Shown here piece by piece: positions 31,861 through 35,156 of a stretch of 35,156 bases of DNA (positions within the stretch are counted from its first letter, which is position 1; every line of letters starts with the position of its first letter). Location: positions 1 to 35,156 of IMG/VR virus record IMGVR_UViG_3300045600_000024, one strand, 5' to 3'. The position numbers and the translations under genes were made by a program. Source of the stretch: a virus. The notes under the pieces were generated by a model. The model did no database searches. It worked only from the letters and a program-made list of their open reading frames with translations, and had not been told where the DNA came from.

Positions 31861-32978
31861 GGCCTTGCCTTGTACGCGGCAACGACGGTCTGCACGAAGA
31901 GCTCTACGTCTGGCTTGTCGTAGTGGCGCCCCGTGACTCCCTCTCCGATGTGGCCCATCATCTTCTCGGTCATCCATGGTGGCACGTGGAGCGACCAGCG
32001 CATGTAGGTCTCCCATGACGGCCTGAGCTGCTTTAGGGGATGGAAGTCGGGCAGGCCATCACGCGACAGCACGCTAGCCCACTCCTTACGCACCTGCGTA
32101 GACCATGCGTAGCCCAGCACCCCGCTTGACGTGAGCCATCCGTCCGCGCTGGCGTCAGCTATGGCCTTTAGTCGCAGGGCGTGCGCCCCTGGTATCACGA
32201 CGCTGCGGACGCTCTGCGGGTTTTTGAGCGTGTGCGACAGCGCATGGGCGTCGGTGATTTGCTTGTTGATGGCGACCACGGCCACGTCCACGCCGTCCAC
32301 CCTACGCATGGTGAGGTCGTCCACTCTCGCGCCCAACGACTCGCCCACACGGCACGAGCCGTAGGCCGCGAGGATGTACGCCGCCTCCATCCAATCGCCC
32401 TCCATGGCGCGGGATATCGTCCCCAGCTCGTCAAGCGACCATATGCTCACGTCCCGCGAGTGGGTGGTTGACGCGGACGGCAGGGTTATCCCGACCCTCG
32501 CGACGTTACGATCGATGCGCTCGTAGCGCACGGCAAGGTCTAACGTCTGCGAAATCACCTGCACCGCCCTCATTGCTGCGACGCGCTGCATCCCGTCCAC
32601 CCACTCCTGCAAGGAGAGTGGACGTATTGACTCTATCGGAGCATTGCCCCAGCGCGACCCCACGTGGTTGCGCCAGACACCCTCGTAAACCCGCATGGTC
32701 GAAGGTGCCAGGTCTCCGTCCTCGACGCGCTTCTGCGCCTTAGGAAGCCACCACCACTCGTAACACTGCCGCAGGGTGGGTGAGGGTGCGTCGCTCGTAT
32801 GTGTGACCCTCAGCTCAGCGAGACGGTCGTACGCCTGCTTGCGAGTACCGCGCACGGTATCCGAGCACCGCTGATAGGTGCCGTCCTTGGTGGCCCAGTA
32901 GCGCAGACGGTAGCGCTTGCCCTTCTCGACTTCGGTGACAGAGCCCCAGTCGGCCCGTAGCTGCTTGTGGCGTGGCAT
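31854..32978 (-). CDS. int: Tyrosine integrase (phage integrase family)
   Basis: 374 aa. CRVGESLG (Arg), HALSHTLKN, HPLKQLRPSWET (HxxR) and GHIGEGVTGRHY (His...Tyr) catalytic blocks. Confidence 0.92.
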   Translation of the reverse strand: MPRHKQLRADWGSVTEVEKGKRYRLRYWATKDGTYQRCSDTVRGTRKQAYDRLAELRVTHTSDAPSPTLRQCYEWWWLPKAQKRVEDGDLAPSTMRVYEGVWRNHVGSRWGNAPIESIRPLSLQEWVDGMQRVAAMRAVQVISQTLDLAVRYERIDRNVARVGITLPSASTTHSRDVSIWSLDELGTISRAMEGDWMEAAYILAAYGSCRVGESLGARVDDLTMRRVDGVDVAVVAINKQITDAHALSHTLKNPQSVRSVVIPGAHALRLKAIADASADGWLTSSGVLGYAWSTQVRKEWASVLSRDGLPDFHPLKQLRPSWETYMRWSLHVPPWMTEKMMGHIGEGVTGRHYDKPDVELFVQTVVAAYKARPY

Positions 32979-32988
32979 GGCTATATCC

Positions 32989-33717
32989 TCACAAGCCCAG
33001 AAGCTGTCTCGACTTTGCAGTAAATTCGTCTTGCGTGATCACTCCCATGTCGAGTAGCTCCTTGAGCTGCTTCACCTTGTCCACGGGGTCGCCTGTGGAA
33101 GTTTCTTCGGTGGCTGTGACTATGGCCGTGGTGGTGGGGCCTGTCTCCTTGAGTATCATCTCCAGCGCTGATATCGATTGTTGTGCCAAGTCGTAGAACG
33201 TCCGATATGTGAAGCTCGCCTTCTTCGTCTCGCTCGTCAGGAAGTTGACCATGTAGCACGGCATGTACGTGCTATCGAAGTCGAGCCTGAGCGTGAGCCG
33301 ACTTACCGTGGGACGCTGCTTCTTCTTTCCCACAAGTGACCCCGCGACGGCGCCAACGGCACCAAGGGCAACGGCACCAACGGCGGCACCACCAAGTCCA
33401 CCGCTCGTCACTGAGGCGTCATCCTCGAAGAGCTCGTACCCCTTCAGCTCGTCAAAGGAGGCGACAAGTCGCAAGGACTTCAATCCCATCTCCACGCGGA
33501 ATAGGCGGTGCTCGTTGTCGATGGCAATCTTCCCGATGGTGTTATCGGCGATGAACTCGTCGCGTCGCGCTGCAAGAATGTCCTGCCACTCCGCCGCACG
33601 CTGCTTCTTTAGTTCCTTCTCTTGATTCTGATGATCCTTGCGAATGGACTTCTGTTCCTTTGCGGTAAGCCCGCTAGTGGCATGCTTTCCTGTGCTTTCG
33701 CTTTTGAACAGCCCCAT
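32989..33717 (-). CDS. SHOCT-domain protein with glycine-zipper hydrophobic segment (lysogeny-operon accessory gene)
   Basis: C-terminus DPVDKVKQLKELLDMGVITQDEFTAKSRQLLGL is a SHOCT signature. Central GGLGGAAVGAVALGAVGAVAGSLVG. Lies between the repressor and int on the same strand. Confidence 0.75.
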   Translation of the reverse strand: MGLFKSESTGKHATSGLTAKEQKSIRKDHQNQEKELKKQRAAEWQDILAARRDEFIADNTIGKIAIDNEHRLFRVEMGLKSLRLVASFDELKGYELFEDDASVTSGGLGGAAVGAVALGAVGAVAGSLVGKKKQRPTVSRLTLRLDFDSTYMPCYMVNFLTSETKKASFTYRTFYDLAQQSISALEMILKETGPTTTAIVTATEETSTGDPVDKVKQLKELLDMGVITQDEFTAKSRQLLGL

Positions 33718-33857
33718 GACTCTTCCTCTCTACCATACACATCACAATTGCAACAAGCATGCAAATATTGCATAGCGTACCACTCGGACAAGACGATATT
33801 CCCAGACTTACCCCAGCCCAGAAAATCGGGCCGGGGTATTTTTGTCCTGCACTAGAA

Positions 33858-34076
33858 CTAGTGTTCTGGTTTGTCGTAAGCCCTCGAAGCCATTTCATCC
33901 ATCGTAAGACCAAGCGCCTCTGAAATCTTCCGCCCGAATTCAAAGGATGGCTCTTTAATCTTGCCGTGCTCCAACATCGATATGTACGCGCGAGAGACAC
34001 CAGACCGCCTTGAAAGCTCTATGGGCTTGATTTCGAGCTCTTCCATTCTCCTATCCATAGCCTGTCTAAATGACAT
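33858..34076 (-). CDS. XRE-family HTH repressor (CI-like)
   Basis: IKPIELSRRSGVSRAYISMLEHGKIKEPSFEFGRKISEALGLTMDEM is an HTH_3 pattern. Divergent from the cro-like gene. AAGGAGG RBS. Confidence 0.8.
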   Translation of the reverse strand: MSFRQAMDRRMEELEIKPIELSRRSGVSRAYISMLEHGKIKEPSFEFGRKISEALGLTMDEMASRAYDKPEH

Positions 34077-34113
34077 TGCCTCACCTCCTTAGCTGGGCTT
34101 GTTAAGCAGACTT

Positions 34114-34142
34114 AGCATATCACGATTGCGCACGTATGTTAA
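34114..34142 (-). promoter_or_regulatory. Candidate repressor promoter (TTAACA-17-TATGCT with TG extension, read on the minus strand)
   Basis: Minus-strand read: TTAACAtacgtgcgcaatcgTGaTATGCT. The -35 overlaps a TGTTAAG operator copy. Confidence 0.5.
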
Positions 34143-34188
34143 GTATTCTTCACTTTTTGGCCCAAAAAAAAGAAATACAAAATTCGTC

Positions 34189-34217
34189 TTGCAATCGTTG
34201 TTAAGAATAATTAACAT
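34189..34217 (+). promoter_or_regulatory. Candidate early rightward promoter (TTGCAA-17-TAACAT)
   Basis: TTGCAAtcgttgttaagaataatTAACAT, about 50 nt upstream of the cro-like ATG. A TGTTAAG copy lies in the spacer and another just downstream. Confidence 0.5.
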
Positions 34218-34267
34218 GTAATGCGTGTTAAGGATACGCAACAAAGATTGCAGATTGGAGGTACCAC

Positions 34268-34480
34268 ATGGACTCTTTGTCAGCAGTAGTCGGTGCTCAT
34301 CTAGAGACTAGCCACATCACCAAGAAGCAGCTTGCAAAGGTTATAGGGGTAAAGTCCACCGCCACGCTCAACTACAAGACGAGTGGCAGGGGAGAACTCT
34401 CGTTTCGCGAGGCTCACGACCTCGCCAAAGAGCTTGGTTTGAGTATGGCCGACCTCTACCAACTCGTAAGCACTAACTAG
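34268..34480 (+). CDS. Cro-like XRE-family HTH protein
   Basis: ITKKQLAKVIGVKSTATLNYKTSGRGELSFREAHDLAKELGLSMADL is an HTH_3-like pattern. TGGAGG RBS. Divergent from the repressor. Confidence 0.75.
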   Translation: MDSLSAVVGAHLETSHITKKQLAKVIGVKSTATLNYKTSGRGELSFREAHDLAKELGLSMADLYQLVSTN

Positions 34481-34521
34481 CACCATCCGCAACACGTCGC
34501 TGTAAGAGAGGAGGGCTGACC

Positions 34522-34710
34522 ATGGAGCGCACGTACACCATCCGTGAGGTGTCCGAGCAGACCAAGATACCGCGCACGACCATCTATGACGCGATAGCAC
34601 GCGGCGATATCACGACGATCGTGCCGCACGGATGCTCACGCGGTAGGCGCATCCGCGAGTCAGAGGTAGAGCGCTGGGTCGCGTCCATGGAAGTACGAGC
34701 CACCGACTAA
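34522..34710 (+). CDS. Excisionase-family (HTH_17/MerR-like) DNA-binding protein
   Basis: YTIREVSEQTKIPRTTIYDAIARGDI......GRRIRESEVERWV is a typical Xis/AlpA-type winged helix pattern. Confidence 0.7.
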   Translation: MERTYTIREVSEQTKIPRTTIYDAIARGDITTIVPHGCSRGRRIRESEVERWVASMEVRATD

Positions 34711-34934
34711 TCCACCAGTACCGCCCCGGTGCGCCGGGGATGCACCAAGTCGCCCGAAGCTAGCCATGGACGCGGGAAACCTCGCCGAGAGGCGGGGACA
34801 CTAGCAGAGGCTTGGAGCCTTACGAGGCTCGACGGACACCGCACGAGCGGAATCCATGGCGGCAATAGTCGCGAGGTGCACGGATACAAGCAAGCACGTC
34901 ATGCGCGGCGTGCGAGAAGAGAAGGAGATGTCAC

Positions 34935-35156
34935 ATGAACAAGAAAGAGCTTGACGATATCCTGGCCGCTCACAAGAAGTGGCTCGATGGCGAGGATGGG
35001 GGAGAGCGTGCCGACCTGTGCGGGGCGAACATGTACAAAGCCGACCTGCGCGGGGCCGACCTGCGCAGGGCGAACCTGTGCGGGGCCGACCTGTGCGGGG
35101 CCGACCTGTGCGGGGCGAACATGTACAAAGCCGACCTGCGCGGGGCCGACCTGTGC
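34935..35156 (+). CDS. Pentapeptide-repeat protein, 5' part (3' end cut by window edge; continues at nt 45 of the window through the 44-nt overlap)
   Basis: GAAGGAG RBS 7 nt upstream. [43 protein letters not shown]... The frame is continuous with 1..626 across the terminal overlap. Confidence 0.85.
   Translation, partial: MNKKELDDILAAHKKWLDGEDGGERADLCGANMYKADLRGADLRRANLCGADLCGADLCGANMYKADLRGADLC

Larger units (their letters stand above)
34099..34232. promoter_or_regulatory. Immunity-switch operator cluster
   Basis: Four direct copies of TGTTAAG (34100, 34137, 34199, 34226). Inverted pair ACGATTGC (34122) / GCAATCGT (34191). Palindrome TTTTTGGcCCAAAAA (about 34154-34168). Confidence 0.6.
1..35156. 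mobile_element. Complete temperate siphovirus-type phage genome (circularly permuted contig or excised prophage), HK97-like head module, HNH/cos-type packaging
   Basis: Contiguous lysogeny, early/recombination, replication, late-regulator, packaging, head, tail and lysis modules. First 44 nt are identical to last 44 nt. Confidence 0.85.

Noticed and set aside
33812-33850. Hairpin CCCCAGCCC-agaaaatc-GGGCCGGGG followed by TATTTTTG, between the repressor and the SHOCT gene.
   Set aside because: The stem has an internal mismatch, and the T run follows it only on the plus strand, whereas the flanking genes are transcribed on the minus strand. It cannot be called a terminator for the lysogeny operon. 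At best it blocks antisense transcription.
34729-34938. 69-aa plus-strand ORF and 60-aa minus-strand ORF (34707..34889) in the xis-pentapeptide gap.
   Set aside because: The translations are extremely Arg/Gly-rich and have no RBS. The region is better explained by stacked hairpins; it is reported as a possible structured RNA instead.

Overview
The window is essentially one complete temperate siphovirus-type dsDNA phage genome of about 35.1 kb. G+C is high by eye, so the host is probably a high-GC Gram-positive (Actinomycetota-like); that is inference only. The sequence is linearised inside a pentapeptide-repeat gene: nt 1-44 are identical to nt 35113-35156, so the unit length is 35,112 bp if that overlap is real.

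Gene order on the + strand:
- cro-like HTH and Xis-like HTH (34268-34710)
- pentapeptide-repeat protein (34935..35156, continuing at 1..626)
- Bro-N/KilAC antirepressor
- RusA flanked by a duplicated two-gene cassette
- DUF1351-like protein, RecT and SSB
- many small Cys-rich or zinc-ribbon ORFs
- DUF4373-type replication protein, followed by an iteron/A-rich region
- small DPPH DNA methyltransferase
- DUF1492-like late regulator
- non-coding leader ending in a strong intrinsic terminator
- HNH endonuclease, TerS, TerL, portal, HK97-type protease and major capsid protein
- connector proteins, phi13-type major tail protein, chaperone (probable +1 frameshift), tape measure
- Dit-like and minor tail proteins, and collagen-like fibres
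- membrane protein, holin, GH25 endolysin with a Tat-like signal, three small ORFs, and a terminator

On the - strand lie the tyrosine integrase, a SHOCT-domain protein and an XRE-type repressor, next to a divergent promoter/operator switch and a putative attP.

No rRNA, tRNA, CRISPR array, transposase or reverse transcriptase was seen.

Most noteworthy observations:
1. A G9 homopolymer sits exactly at the junction of a low-GC ORF and the distal tail-fibre gene; loss of one G fuses the two ORFs.
2. A lambda Q/PR'/tR'-like arrangement (regulator, about 200-nt leader, strong terminator) lies immediately upstream of the packaging and structural operon.
3. A cysteine-rich pentapeptide-repeat protein is the first delayed-early gene.
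4. A SHOCT/glycine-zipper protein sits in the int-repressor moron slot.
5. The endolysin carries a Tat-type signal.
6. The tail chaperone needs a +1, not -1, frameshift.
7. A paralogous two-gene cassette is duplicated around rusA.

All functional calls come from motif recognition by eye. No database search was run.
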